A stretch of DNA of 64,000 nt from Gammaproteobacteria bacterium (lineage in GTDB: Bacteria; Pseudomonadota; Gammaproteobacteria; Ga0077536): the NCBI GenBank assembly GCA_009692265.1, contig SHZM01000001.1, forward strand, positions 19,363 through 83,362, in the 5' to 3' direction. The notes beneath the pieces were generated by a model. It was not told the origin of the DNA. It did no database searches and saw only the letters and a program-made list of their open reading frames with translations. The stretch's first letter is position 1; every line of letters starts with the position of its first letter. Below, in pieces: positions 26,508 through 37,162 of the stretch. The position numbers and the translations under genes are program-made.

Positions 26508-27758
26508 CTACCGGTATACCGGGAATTGACGACACAATTCGGTGACCTGCCCGCGCACCCGCGCTATCACCCGCTCATCAGTGAGGTGATCGAGCACGTC
26601 GCACATCCAGCCCGCGAGGGATTTCGCTTCCGCCTCTCCACATCCCCGCGTGGTCATCGCCGGGGTGCCGACGCGGATCCCACTGGTGACAAAGGGTGAT
26701 TGCGGGTCGTTCGGAACCGCGTTCTTGTTAACCGTGATGTGGGCAGCGCCGAGCGCCGCATCAGCGGCTTTGCCGGTCAGGCCCTGTTTGATCAGATCCA
26801 CCAAAAACAAATGATTGTCCGTGCCGCCCGACACCACGTGGTAACCGCGGGCAAGAAAGGTTTCCGCCATCGCGCGCGCGTTGACGAGGACTTGTTGTTG
26901 ATAAAGCTTGAATTCAGGCTGCATCGCCTCTAACAGCGCGACCGCCTTGGCCGCGATGATGTGCATCAGCGGACCGCCCTGGATCCCAGGAAACACCGCC
27001 GAATTGACCTTCTTTTCGAGGGTTTCGTTGGCCTTGCCCAAAATCATTCCGCTGCGCGGTCCGCGCAAAGTCTTATGGGTCGTGGTTGTGGTCATGTCGG
27101 CGAGGTGCACCGGGGTCGGATACAGGTCGACTGCGATAAGACCGGCAACGTGCGCGATGTCGGCAACCAAAAAAGCGCCCACTTCATCAGCGAGTTCGCG
27201 GAACCGCGCCCACTCGATTACCCGCGAGTACGCGGAGAAGCCGGTCATGATCATTTTTGGACGGTGTTCACGCGCGAGTCGCACGACTTCGTCGAAATCG
27301 ATACGCCCCGTCGCGTCCAGACCGTATTGGACCGCACGGTAGGTGCGGCCGGAAAAATTCACTGCCGCACCATGAGTTAAATGTCCGCCGTGCGCAAGGC
27401 TCATCCCCAACACACAATCGCCGGCGTTTAACATCGCGAGGTAAACCGCGCCGTTAGCCTGCGAACCGGAATGGGGTTGGACGTTCGCGTACTCCGCTCC
27501 GAACAAGGTTTTTGCGCGAGCGATCGCCAATTGTTCGACCACATCCACGTGCTCACACCCGCCATAGTAGCGTTTGCTCGGATATCCTTCGGCGTACTTA
27601 TTAGTCAATAAGGTTCCCGCCGCCTCGAGCACGCGTGGGCTCGTGTAGTTTTCCGACGCGATCAGTTCGATGTGGTCTTCCTGCCGCTGTTGTTCGGCCG
27701 CGATCGCGGCGGCGAGATCGGGGTCGAATCCAGCGATGCGCATATCGGTCGAAAACAT
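26508..27758 (-). CDS. glyA: Serine hydroxymethyltransferase
   Basis: 416 aa with classic SHMT motifs ([24 protein letters not shown]). Confidence 0.95.
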   Translation of the reverse strand: MFSTDMRIAGFDPDLAAAIAAEQQRQEDHIELIASENYTSPRVLEAAGTLLTNKYAEGYPSKRYYGGCEHVDVVEQLAIARAKTLFGAEYANVQPHSGSQANGAVYLAMLNAGDCVLGMSLAHGGHLTHGAAVNFSGRTYRAVQYGLDATGRIDFDEVVRLAREHRPKMIMTGFSAYSRVIEWARFRELADEVGAFLVADIAHVAGLIAVDLYPTPVHLADMTTTTTHKTLRGPRSGMILGKANETLEKKVNSAVFPGIQGGPLMHIIAAKAVALLEAMQPEFKLYQQQVLVNARAMAETFLARGYHVVSGGTDNHLFLVDLIKQGLTGKAADAALGAAHITVNKNAVPNDPQSPFVTSGIRVGTPAMTTRGCGEAEAKSLAGWMCDVLDHLTDERVIARVRGQVTELCRQFPVYR

Positions 27759-28063
27759 GCTCCTGTACCCCAGGATTGAACGATTTAACTATAAGGCGTT
27801 CGCCACAATTGACGCGTCGGCTACAGGCATCATGTAGGACCACCTTGCGGCAGGTGGTGGCTGCCGCATTATTTCCTAAACCACCCACTGACTCAATCCG
27901 AATGCTCGGGAATTCATGGAATTACCGTCGGACACGAATCCTCACGCGGATCTTGCGGGACGAGCGAGCACGACGCGAGATCTGTTCTTGCACTCCGGTG
28001 CGCTGGGTCGCGACCCTGGTTACAATGTCCGCCCGGACCCCACCTCGCGCACCGCGTTACCTT

Positions 28064-28936
28064 ATGACTAATGCCGATCAATTTTTCGCGCGCGCCGAGG
28101 CGTTGCTTTCCCGAGTTGAAAATTTAGTCGCGCGGCGTGAGCCACCACCGATCGAGGACGGCGTGGCGTGGCGTTGGCGCAAGCGCAATGGGATCGGCGC
28201 CTTACAGGCGATTAAGCATTTCAACGCGATCTCGCTGGCTGATTTGCAACATATCGAATTCCAACGCGAGGAGCTGGAGCGCAATACGCGTCAATTTCTC
28301 GCGGGCCTGCCCGCGAACAACGCCCTGCTCTGGGGTCCCCGTGGTACCGGCAAATCTTCCTTGGTCAAAGCCCTGTTCAACACCTATGTTGCACAGGGTT
28401 TACGACTGGTCGAAGTCGAACGCATGGATCTGATCGATCTGCCCGAGATTGTGGAGGCAATTAGCGCCCGCGATGGACGTTACGTCGTGTTCTGCGACGA
28501 TCTCTCGTTCGACGAACACGATTCAACCTATCGCGCTTTGAAAACCGTGCTGGATGGCTCGGTGCTCACGACTCCAGACAACATCGTGATCTACGCCACC
28601 TCGAATCGGCGCCACCTCGTGCCTGAGCGTTTGCGCGATAACCTCGAGGCACGCGCGGTGGACGGCGAGATCCATCAAAGTGAGGCGGTCGAGGAGAAGA
28701 TCTCGTTATCGGAGCGCTTCGGCCTGTGGCTGTCCTTTCATCCGTTCAATCAGGATCGCTACCTCGATATCGCGCGCCATTGGCTGGACGCGCTAGGGGT
28801 GGCGAATTGCGACTCCGAGGTGGTCGAGAAAGCCGCCCTGCAGTGGGCGCTGCTGCACGGCTCGCGCAGCGGTCGTGCGGCCTACCAATTCGCCAAGGAT
28901 TGGGCTGGGCGTCTCGCCTTAAGTCGCATCCCATGA
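28064..28936 (+). CDS. DUF815-type AAA+ ATPase
   Basis: ATG at 28064. P-loop WGPRGTGKSS and Walker B VVFCDDL. The upstream part of the 433-aa track ORF lacks homology. The stop overlaps the hpt-like start (ATGA). Confidence 0.7.
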   Translation: MTNADQFFARAEALLSRVENLVARREPPPIEDGVAWRWRKRNGIGALQAIKHFNAISLADLQHIEFQREELERNTRQFLAGLPANNALLWGPRGTGKSSLVKALFNTYVAQGLRLVEVERMDLIDLPEIVEAISARDGRYVVFCDDLSFDEHDSTYRALKTVLDGSVLTTPDNIVIYATSNRRHLVPERLRDNLEARAVDGEIHQSEAVEEKISLSERFGLWLSFHPFNQDRYLDIARHWLDALGVANCDSEVVEKAALQWALLHGSRSGRAAYQFAKDWAGRLALSRIP

Positions 28937-29490
28937 ACGAACCTACTCACGCCGAGCTTGAACGCGTAAAGCGTGACGCGGATCTACTCTACTCCAAGCC
29001 GGAAATCGATGCGGCGGTAGTGACCATGGCCGCAGCGATTACCGCTCGCCTACAGCATGAAAATCCGCTGTTGCTCGTGACGATGACCAGTGGTTTAGTC
29101 CCGGCGGCGTTTCTGCTTCCGCACCTGGATTTTCCGCTGCACGTGGATTATCTGCACCTGACTCGTTATGGGAGCGCCACCACCGGACAGGCGATCCAGT
29201 GGGTGCGACGGCCGCGGGCGACGGTAGTCGCGCGTACGGTGTTGCTCGTGGACGATCTTCTCGATCATGGACTAACGCTACAAGCTGCAGCCGAGGAGTG
29301 TCGCGCGTAGGGTGCGACCGGGGTTCTCACCGCAGTACTGGTCGTGAAGGAAATCGAAAATCGCGCGGGCCTGAAACGTACCGATTTTTATGCGCTGACC
29401 ACCTCCGACCGTTATCTGTTTGGGTATGGCATGGATTACAAAACGTTTTGGCGCAATGGACCGGGGATCTATGCGGTGCGCGAGCTTTGA
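28933..29490 (+). pseudogene. hpt: Hypoxanthine-guanine phosphoribosyltransferase-like (Pseudomonas PA4645-type) gene with an in-frame TAG at 29308..29310
   Basis: The frame from 28933 to 29490 is continuous except for the TAG at codon 126. Both halves align to the PRTase (...VLLVDDLLDHGLTL.. | ..TAVLVVKEIE...DRYLFGYGMDYKTFWRNGPGIYAV). Confidence 0.65.
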
Positions 29491-29619
29491 TCCTAGAAAT
29501 GGCAGTTGACCGCTGAACATCCTAAGGAATCTCATGATCAAATTTAAGTTTGTGCTTCGAATGGGCTTCACCCATTGGGTGGGCCGCACTGCACGCGCCG
29601 TTCAACTGCCGTCTCTAGG

Positions 29620-30351
29620 ATGATCGCCATTATCGGTGGCAGCGGGCTCGACCGCTTAAGCGCGCTGCAGAAGGTACGCGAGCACCGCGTCGGCAGCCGC
29701 TACGGCACGCCATCGGGTGCAATTATCGAAGGGTTATTGGCGGGCGCACCGGTGCTGTTCCTTCCACGCCACGGCGAAGGCCATAGCATTCCACCTCATC
29801 GCATTAACTACCGGGCGAATATCGCGGCGCTGCGGGATCACGGGGTGGAGGAAATTTTCGCGGTCACCGCAGTTGGCGGGATCGCGAAGACCGCAGGTCC
29901 GGGACGGATCGTGATCCCGGATCAGATCATCGATTACACGGCTGGACGCGAACACACTTTCTACGATGGCATCGACGGCAACCTAGATCACGTCGAGTTC
30001 GGGGAGCCGTATACTCCCGCGACGCGGCAACGCCTGATCGCGGCGGCCAATGCAGTGCCTCTCGAAGTTGTCACCGAGGGAGTGTATGGCGCGACCCAAG
30101 GACCACGGCTCGAAACCGCGGCCGAAATCGCGCGCCTCGCGCGCGATGGCTGCACACTCGTGGGCATGACGGGCATGCCGGAAGCCGCGCTCGCGCGCGA
30201 AGCTGGCCTACGTTACGCGAATTGCGCGTTGGTCGTGAATTGGGCCGCCGGCATTGGAGGCGACCCAATCTCGCTCGCCGAGATCGAGCAGCAACTCGCT
30301 AGTGGCATGCGCAAAGTGGTGCGCTTACTCAGCGCGGCGGTTCAACTCTAG
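29620..30351 (+). CDS. mtnP: S-methyl-5'-thioadenosine phosphorylase
   Basis: MIAIIGGSGL...PRHG.GH.IPPH.INYRANI is the PNP/MTAP fold. ATG at 29620. Confidence 0.85.
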   Translation: MIAIIGGSGLDRLSALQKVREHRVGSRYGTPSGAIIEGLLAGAPVLFLPRHGEGHSIPPHRINYRANIAALRDHGVEEIFAVTAVGGIAKTAGPGRIVIPDQIIDYTAGREHTFYDGIDGNLDHVEFGEPYTPATRQRLIAAANAVPLEVVTEGVYGATQGPRLETAAEIARLARDGCTLVGMTGMPEAALAREAGLRYANCALVVNWAAGIGGDPISLAEIEQQLASGMRKVVRLLSAAVQL

Positions 30352-30952
30352 GTTCCAGCGGGAGACCACTGTTTTCGATCGCCTCGTCGAGGTGATTGGT
30401 CACTTGCACGAGTACACCAAGCAGCGGGTGATCAAAATAATGCAGCTCACCGTCGCTAACTGCTCGCGATTCACTGACCGCCACCGTGCTCTCCGGCAGA
30501 TGCACCACAAATTCCGAATTTACCCGCATCGCATTTGACCCAATGGCGAGCCGCACGGCGCCTTCGACCGTCGGCGACGCCGCGGGATCCGCGGTGCCCG
30601 TCTCGGTCAAATACACCGGGCGACTGTCGCCCGCGCTCTGCCGCCACCCGCGATGGAACACGGTTTGATAGGTTGAACTCCCTTGCAGCACTTTATAGGC
30701 ACCAGCGAGTTGGAGTTCGTGCGGCCGCAGCTCGGTATACATCGCCGTGGTCGTTGGAACATCACCATCACTCGCACTCAGGCGCTGCGTTCCGCCGAAG
30801 GTCGGGATCTCACTCGCCGCCCAACTCGACTCAGCGGCCACGGGGTATCGAAAAGCGATCACCTCAACCTGGTACCACTCCTGCGCGGCAACAAGAACGC
30901 TCCACGCGAGGAGTGCGAACAAAAGCCCACAACGCGACTTTACCTTGGTCAC
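30329..30952 (-). CDS. CsiV-like periplasmic protein (signal peptide), coupled downstream of mfd
   Basis: 207 aa with N-terminal signal MTKVKSRCGLLFALLAWSVLVAAQ. It lies directly 3' of mfd with an ATGA overlap, the conserved position of CsiV-family genes in gammaproteobacteria. The family assignment is tentative. Confidence 0.5.
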   Translation of the reverse strand: MTKVKSRCGLLFALLAWSVLVAAQEWYQVEVIAFRYPVAAESSWAASEIPTFGGTQRLSASDGDVPTTTAMYTELRPHELQLAGAYKVLQGSSTYQTVFHRGWRQSAGDSRPVYLTETGTADPAASPTVEGAVRLAIGSNAMRVNSEFVVHLPESTVAVSESRAVSDGELHYFDHPLLGVLVQVTNHLDEAIENSGLPLEPRVEPPR

Positions 30953-33900
30953 GCGAGTCGGCCAAACAGCGCTTCTAGTTCGTTAAAACGACTCGGTGCG
31001 TCGGGTAGGTCCTTTTTGAGGCGCAACTTTTCTTGACCGTCCAGACGATAGGCCGCATTGGATTGAATCAACTTAATCACCTTCGCCGGATCGATATTGG
31101 GATGTGGCTTGAACTCTACTACTCCACCACTGCGACCGAGATCAACTCGTTTCACGTCGAGCGACGCCGCCGCAAGCTTAAGGCGGGTGATTCGGAACAA
31201 ATTGTGGACTGGGGTCTCAAAGGTGCCAAAACGATCGACCAACTCCTCCTTGAGACTTTCAAGTTCAGACTCATCAGCCACGCTTGCGATACGTTTATAG
31301 AGAACTAAACGCGCGTGCACGTCCGGCAAATAGTCCTCGGGCAACAGCGCCGGCACATGTAGCTCGATCTCGGTCGCGCGTGGTCCCGGATCGTCGATAC
31401 TTGGTTGTCGGCCAGCCTTTAAGGCGGCGACGGCGCGATTCAGCAAATCCGCATACAGGCCAAACCCTATCTCCTGAATATGGCCGCTTTGTTCGGCCCC
31501 GAGAATTTCGCCCGCGCCGCGGATTTCCATATCGTGGGTCGCCAAGGTAAAGCCGACACCAAGTTCCTCCAGTGCCTCAATCGCTTCAAGCCGTTTTACC
31601 GCATCCCCCGTAATCGCCTTGCGTGGCGGAGAAATGAGGTAGGCATACGCGCGATGGTGCGAGCGCCCGACCCGTCCGCGTAGCTGATAGAGCTGCGCAA
31701 GCCCGAATTTGTCGGCGCGGTTAATGATCATCGTGTTGGCATTCGGAATGTCGATCCCGGTTTCGATGATCGTCGTGCAGACCAGCACATTGCAGCGGCG
31801 ATGATAGAAATCGAGCATGACGTGTTCCAGATCGCGCTCGCGCATCTGCCCGTGTGCAAACTGTACGCGGGCTTCCGGCACTAAGTGTGCGATCTCGGTA
31901 GTCAGTCTGTCGATGGTGTCGACTTCGTTGTGCACGAAATACACCTGCCCACCACGCGCAATTTCACGCAACACCGCCTCGCGAATTAATTCATCGGACC
32001 ATTCGTGGATGAATGTTTTCACCGCGAGCCGCTTGGACGGCGCAGTCGCAATCACCGATAGCTCGCGCGTCCCAGCCAGCGCGAGATTCAAGGTTCGGGG
32101 GATGGGCGTGGCGGTTAAGGTGAGAATATCGACTTCGGTGCGCATCGCTTTCAGCTGCTCCTTCTGGCGCACCCCGAAACGATGCTCTTCGTCGATGATG
32201 ACGAGCCCGAGATTCTTAAATTTCAGATCGCGGCTCAATAATTTGTGGGTGCCAATAATGATGTCGACAGTTCCGTCGACCAGGCCCGCTTGCGCGACTC
32301 GAATACTCTGCGCATCGCGAAACCGCGAGAGTTGCTCTATTTTAACCGGCCAGTCCGCGAACCGATCGCGAAAGGTCTGGTAATGCTGTTGCGCCAGTAA
32401 TGTGGTCGGCACTAGCACGGCGACTTGCCGACCATCTCCAACGGCGATGAACGCCGCGCGCATCGCCACTTCGGTCTTGCCGAAGCCAACATCGCCGCAG
32501 ATCAGGCGATCCATAGGTTGTGGCTTTTGCATGTCTTCGACCACGGCTTCAATCGCAGCTTGTTGATCGGGGGTTTCCTCAAACGGAAACCCCTGTTCGA
32601 AGCTAAGGTAGGCGTCGCGTTCAAAACCAAACGCATGACCTATGCGGGACGCGCGTTTAGCATGGATCTCAAGCAATTCGGCGGCGACGTCGCGGATTTT
32701 CTCGGCCGCGCGGCGTCGCGCCTTGTCCCATTGCCCGCTTCCCAGTTTATGCAGCGGGGCGTGGTCGGGATCGATGCTGGTGTAGCGGCTGATCAAACCA
32801 AGCGATGCTACCGGAATGTAAATTTTGTCGCCGTCGGCGTATTCGAGCTTGATGAATTCGTTGGTGATACCCGCAGCGGTCAGAACTTCGAGCCCGAGAT
32901 AACGACCGATCCCGTGTTGCTCATGAACGACAGGCGCTCCGACCCGCAACTCAGCGAGATTACGCACAATCGCATCGAGCTCGACGTTGCTACGCCGACG
33001 ACGTCGACGTTGCGCCGCGCGCTCCCCGAACAACTGACTTTCCGTGATGAGGCTGAGCGGCGGCGTCTGGATCTCCGCACCTTCGGCGAGCGGACCGACC
33101 GCGAGGCCCAGCGGCGCATCGCTGTGTAAAAACTCTGCCCAGGTCCCGAATAACTTCAGCGGCAGGTTATGCCGTGCAAATAATTCCGCGATGGTTTCAC
33201 GCCGGCCAGTGGATTCAGCCAGCAACAACACGCGACCTTCGAAGCGCGCGACATACTCTTGTACCGTCGCGAGGGGTTCCTTGGCTCGAATGTCGATCGG
33301 TTGTCGCGTCGCAGGGCGCGACGCGAAGCGCTGGCCGCGCGCACGTTCCGTCCACTCTTCGCCACCGAGCGCGACCCGCGGAAAGTGCGCGAGCTGTGCT
33401 AGTGCATCTTCCCAGCTCAGGAATAATCGCGCCGGTGGTAGTAGCGGGCGCTCTATATCGTGGCGTAGTTGCTCATAGCGTGATTCAACCGACTGCATAA
33501 AGCTTTCGGCGGCGCTCGACAAGACACCATCGAGGAGAAACAAAGTTTGCTCAGGCAAATAATCGAAAAGCGTCGAGACCGACTCGAAAAATAGTGGCAG
33601 GTAGTACTCAATACCTGGCGGGGCGAGCCCACTACTCACGTCTTCGAAGATTGGACTCGCGCTGGGCCGACCATCAAAGCTCAACCGCCAATTGCGACGA
33701 AAGGTCGCAATTCCGTCCTCGGTCAGCGGCACTTCACGCGCCGGCAACAATTCGATACTCGGCACCTGAGTGGTAGAGCGTTGCGTCTCGACGTCGAACA
33801 ATCGCAGAGATTCAATTTCATCACCCAACAGGTCGATCCGAAACGGCTGCTCCGCACCCATCGGAAATACGTCGATCAGCGATCCTCGGATCGCGAAGTC

Positions 33901-34398
33901 ACCGTGATCGGTGACCTGTGGCATATAGCGATAGCCGGCTTCCTGTAACCGCCGACGAAATTTATCGCGGTCCAGATCGTCGCCAACTTTCAACACAAAG
34001 CTCTGACCCTGCACCCACTGCCGGGGCGCAAGACGCTGTAATAAAGTCGCGACTGAAATGATTAAACACGCATGCCGTGGTTGATCGAGGCTGGCGAGCG
34101 TGGTCATGCGCTCGGAGATGATGTCCTGGAAAGGACTGAAACGGTCGTACGCTAAAGTCTCCCAATCCGGCAAATGCAAAATCGGAATTTCCGGCGCGAA
34201 AAATGGTAATTCCAAACCATACTGCACAGCGGCCGCGGACTCGGTGCATACCAGTACAGTGAGTCCGGCGTGTCGGCGCGCGGTCTCGGCGATTGCGAGG
34301 CTACGCGCGGCACCAAATAGTTGTGTCCAATAGCTCAGGCGCTCGCCTGGCGCAGGCGGCACGGGCGCTAACGGGCTTAGGCGCGAGCGATCATCCAT
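30949..34398 (-). CDS. mfd: Transcription-repair coupling factor
   Basis: 1149 aa with DEAD/helicase motifs (GDVGFGKTEVA, DEEHRFG) and a TRCF C-terminal domain. Confidence 0.95.
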   Translation of the reverse strand: MDDRSRLSPLAPVPPAPGERLSYWTQLFGAARSLAIAETARRHAGLTVLVCTESAAAVQYGLELPFFAPEIPILHLPDWETLAYDRFSPFQDIISERMTTLASLDQPRHACLIISVATLLQRLAPRQWVQGQSFVLKVGDDLDRDKFRRRLQEAGYRYMPQVTDHGDFAIRGSLIDVFPMGAEQPFRIDLLGDEIESLRLFDVETQRSTTQVPSIELLPAREVPLTEDGIATFRRNWRLSFDGRPSASPIFEDVSSGLAPPGIEYYLPLFFESVSTLFDYLPEQTLFLLDGVLSSAAESFMQSVESRYEQLRHDIERPLLPPARLFLSWEDALAQLAHFPRVALGGEEWTERARGQRFASRPATRQPIDIRAKEPLATVQEYVARFEGRVLLLAESTGRRETIAELFARHNLPLKLFGTWAEFLHSDAPLGLAVGPLAEGAEIQTPPLSLITESQLFGERAAQRRRRRRSNVELDAIVRNLAELRVGAPVVHEQHGIGRYLGLEVLTAAGITNEFIKLEYADGDKIYIPVASLGLISRYTSIDPDHAPLHKLGSGQWDKARRRAAEKIRDVAAELLEIHAKRASRIGHAFGFERDAYLSFEQGFPFEETPDQQAAIEAVVEDMQKPQPMDRLICGDVGFGKTEVAMRAAFIAVGDGRQVAVLVPTTLLAQQHYQTFRDRFADWPVKIEQLSRFRDAQSIRVAQAGLVDGTVDIIIGTHKLLSRDLKFKNLGLVIIDEEHRFGVRQKEQLKAMRTEVDILTLTATPIPRTLNLALAGTRELSVIATAPSKRLAVKTFIHEWSDELIREAVLREIARGGQVYFVHNEVDTIDRLTTEIAHLVPEARVQFAHGQMRERDLEHVMLDFYHRRCNVLVCTTIIETGIDIPNANTMIINRADKFGLAQLYQLRGRVGRSHHRAYAYLISPPRKAITGDAVKRLEAIEALEELGVGFTLATHDMEIRGAGEILGAEQSGHIQEIGFGLYADLLNRAVAALKAGRQPSIDDPGPRATEIELHVPALLPEDYLPDVHARLVLYKRIASVADESELESLKEELVDRFGTFETPVHNLFRITRLKLAAASLDVKRVDLGRSGGVVEFKPHPNIDPAKVIKLIQSNAAYRLDGQEKLRLKKDLPDAPSRFNELEALFGRLA

Positions 34399-34404
34399 CT
34401 TAGG

Positions 34405-35118
34405 TCATGCCCTTGGCGCGGTGTGAACGATCTGTGAGGTGATATCCGCCAACGCCGCGACCGGATCGGCCGCGCGCGTGATCGGTCGTCCTATCACGAG
34501 ATAATCTCCGCCCGCTGCAATCGCAGCCCTGGGCGTCGCCACCCGTTGTTGGTCGTCGAGATCCGCGCCCGCTGCGCGAATACCTGGCGTGACTGTCAGA
34601 AAGCCCGCTCCGGCAACGGCTTTCACCGCCGCGATTTCCTGCGGCGAACACACCACGCCATCGAGGCCGCAGGCGAACGCGAGACGCGTGAGTCGTTCGA
34701 CCTGGGTCGCCGGATCTCCGGAAATTCCTATAGAGAGGAGATCGGCCGCGCCTAAACTCGTCAACACCGTCACGCCGATCAGCAAGGGGCGCTCGCGATA
34801 GGTCGCTAACGCTTCGCGCGCGGCGCGCAACATCTCCGCGCCGCCGCTGATATGGACATTTACCATCCACACGCCCAGCTCCGCAGCCGCACGACAGGCT
34901 GCGGCGACGGTGTTCGGGATGTCGTGAAATTTAAGATCGAGAAAAACCGGGATCCCGCGCGCAACAAATTCATGGACGACTGGCGGGCCCTCGCGCGTAA
35001 ATAATTCTTTCCCGATCTTGAGCGAATAGCCGCTCGATGGCAGACACTCGACTAGGGCTACTGCCCCAGCGGCGCTTGCGCAATCCAGCGCAATAATGAT
35101 CGGCGAAGAGGCGATCAT
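34405..35118 (-). CDS. pyrF: Orotidine-5'-phosphate decarboxylase
   Basis: [12 protein letters not shown]..., [13 protein letters not shown]... Confidence 0.92.
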   Translation of the reverse strand: MIASSPIIIALDCASAAGAVALVECLPSSGYSLKIGKELFTREGPPVVHEFVARGIPVFLDLKFHDIPNTVAAACRAAAELGVWMVNVHISGGAEMLRAAREALATYRERPLLIGVTVLTSLGAADLLSIGISGDPATQVERLTRLAFACGLDGVVCSPQEIAAVKAVAGAGFLTVTPGIRAAGADLDDQQRVATPRAAIAAGGDYLVIGRPITRAADPVAALADITSQIVHTAPRA

Positions 35119-36302
35119 TCGCCTTCAATGCCATGAATCGGCTTAATTGTGTTCCAACTTTTGCAGCTCGGGCAGTTCCAGTACACGGAGCGTCCTGAAA
35201 ATCCACACTGCTCGCATTTGTACAAGGCTTTGCTCGCGATAAGGCGCACCGTGGTTTCCTTGAGGATTAGCAGATCTTCGCGCGATTCGCCGTTCGCGCT
35301 GTGCAGTGTGTAATCGATAAGGCGATCTATCCCTTTTAAAGTCGGTCGGATTTTAAGTTCCTGCACGATGTATTGCTTGGCGGCGTCCAAGCCGGTGTCC
35401 GCTTCGGTCAATTCGGCAACCGCCAGCAGCGGCGTAACCCCGGCCCGCAACCCAGCCAGGCGCTCCAGATACTCTTTAAGTTCATCCATCCGCTCAAGCG
35501 CTCGATAGCATTTAACCAGAGGTACTATAGCTTCGCCGATATAGTCCACATCCTGATGTTCGATCCGCTTTAACGCTTGAATCGCGCGTTCGAATTCACG
35601 ATTCGACATCGCAAGGTTGGCAGACATTAAACTCGCCCGTACGCACTTGCGGTCGGCACTCAACGCCCTCTCGAGTAATTCTTGAGCCTCGTTTCGATTA
35701 CTTAACTCTATTTGCTGTTGCGCTTGTTCACATAAAAAATGTGCTCGGGCGACACTGAGATTCTCGCCGTTAACCGCTTCCAGGCGCGTGCTGAACTCGA
35801 GTGCTTTCTCCCAATCCTGCTCTTGCTGGTAGATATCGATTAAGTGGCGTAGCGCGGCCGGTTGATACAGGCCTCGGTCCAGCAATTCCAGAAACAGATT
35901 CTCGGCGCGGTCGAACAATCCCGAGCGCATGTAATCAAGACCCAGCTCCAGGAGCGCTTGTCCGCGCTGAGTCACATCGAGAGTGGTTCGCGCGACCAGG
36001 TTTTGGTGAATTCTGATCGCGCGATCAACTTCACCGCGGCGACGAAACAGATTTCCTAGCGCGAGATGGGTTTCGACTGTTTCCGCGTCGACCTCCAAGA
36101 CCTTCACTAAGACTTCGATCGCTTTATCCGGTCGATCATGCAGGAGGTAGTTAAGGCCCTTGAAATAGTCGGTCGCAATCTGTTCCCGAGGCTCGCGGCG
36201 AGCCGAGCTAGGCCCAACCTCCCGCCGGCCGTACAGCCAACCCGATAAGGCCGCGACAGGCAGCAGCAACGCCGTGACGAAGAATAGCACTTGACTATCC
36301 AT
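35115..36302 (-). CDS. lapB: Lipopolysaccharide assembly protein B (TPR repeats plus C-terminal rubredoxin-like zinc finger)
   Basis: N-terminal TM segment, TPR repeats, and a C-terminal CEQCGF...WNCPSCKSW. Confidence 0.88.
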   Translation of the reverse strand: MDSQVLFFVTALLLPVAALSGWLYGRREVGPSSARREPREQIATDYFKGLNYLLHDRPDKAIEVLVKVLEVDAETVETHLALGNLFRRRGEVDRAIRIHQNLVARTTLDVTQRGQALLELGLDYMRSGLFDRAENLFLELLDRGLYQPAALRHLIDIYQQEQDWEKALEFSTRLEAVNGENLSVARAHFLCEQAQQQIELSNRNEAQELLERALSADRKCVRASLMSANLAMSNREFERAIQALKRIEHQDVDYIGEAIVPLVKCYRALERMDELKEYLERLAGLRAGVTPLLAVAELTEADTGLDAAKQYIVQELKIRPTLKGIDRLIDYTLHSANGESREDLLILKETTVRLIASKALYKCEQCGFSGRSVYWNCPSCKSWNTIKPIHGIEGE

Positions 36303-36594
36303 GGCCGAGCGGGAGTTCGGGCGCGCTGGTCGGATTCGGCGCTACAGTGGAATTTAGCGCGACCGCTGTTTTCTTACGCTCGCGATGAAGCGCGTTTTGA
36401 AGCATCAGTTGGCGTGGCAAAAGGGCCAGGATCCCGCAGAGAGCCCCGACAATGAGCCCGCCGACTAGCGCCCATGACAGCGGGATCTCAACGGATCTGA
36501 TGTAGAAATCGACGGTGACAAGCTGGTGGTTTCGGCTGTGGAATGCGAGGCCAAGGAGTACCACGCTTAGCGCGAACAGGATGCGCAGGATCAT
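36295..36594 (-). CDS. lapA: Lipopolysaccharide assembly protein A (DUF1049 inner-membrane protein)
   Basis: ATG at 36594 gives MILRILFALSVVLLGLAF..., two TM helices. It overlaps the lapB start. Confidence 0.75.
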   Translation of the reverse strand: MILRILFALSVVLLGLAFHSRNHQLVTVDFYIRSVEIPLSWALVGGLIVGALCGILALLPRQLMLQNALHRERKKTAVALNSTVAPNPTSAPELPLGHG

Positions 36595-36678
36595 CACGCG
36601 GCTTTCGCTCGGGGATTGCGATCGGCGCACTCACCCGTTTCAGGTAGGTGCCAATCACGGCGCCGTTCCCGGGTACCG

Positions 36679-37029
36679 CTAGTCGTCGTCCTCGTCATCA
36701 TCATCATCGTGCGCCGAAGCCGCACGTCCGCGTTCGACGGTCGCATCGTCCAGCGCATTAACGCGTTCACGTAACTCTTTGCCAGGTTTGAAGTGCGGGA
36801 CATGCTTTGCGGGCAACGACACCGGATCGCCCGATTTTGGATTACGGCCGAGGCGAGGCGGCCGAAAATGCAGGGAAAAGCTGCCGAACCCGCGGATTTC
36901 AATCCGTTGTCCGGTGGCCAATGTTTGACCCATTTGTTCCAACATGGTCTTGACCGCGAGTTCGACATCGCGGTATCCAAGCTGTGTTTGCTTTCTGACA
37001 AGAATTTCGATCAGTTCTGATTTTGTCAT
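36679..37029 (-). CDS. ihfB: Integration host factor beta subunit, with a poly-acidic C-terminal tail
   Basis: MTKSELIE...[39 protein letters not shown]. It ends in [14 protein letters not shown] at 37029. Confidence 0.9.
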   Translation of the reverse strand: MTKSELIEILVRKQTQLGYRDVELAVKTMLEQMGQTLATGQRIEIRGFGSFSLHFRPPRLGRNPKSGDPVSLPAKHVPHFKPGKELRERVNALDDATVERGRAASAHDDDDDEDDD

Positions 37030-37162
37030 TCTTATTCTCGCTTTACGCCGCCTTCTAACTGGACAGAAAAACTTGTTCCGCACAGCGCCATTGGAAAAAT
37101 TAGCGCGCTCAAGTGGGCGTTGTTAGGGCCCACCCTAGGTTACCGGCCCACGGAGGCCCCCG

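Noticed and set aside
27635-28063. Upstream 140-aa extension of the DUF815 ATPase ORF
   Set aside because: It has an Arg/Ser/Pro-rich composition typical of GC-rich out-of-frame sequence, and it overlaps the glyA start region. Homology begins at the ATG at 28064.
37084-37162. Possible rho-independent terminator after rpsA (GGGCC-rich palindromes followed by TAATTTTT)
   Set aside because: The stem is short and ambiguous. It is plausible but not supportable confidently by eye.
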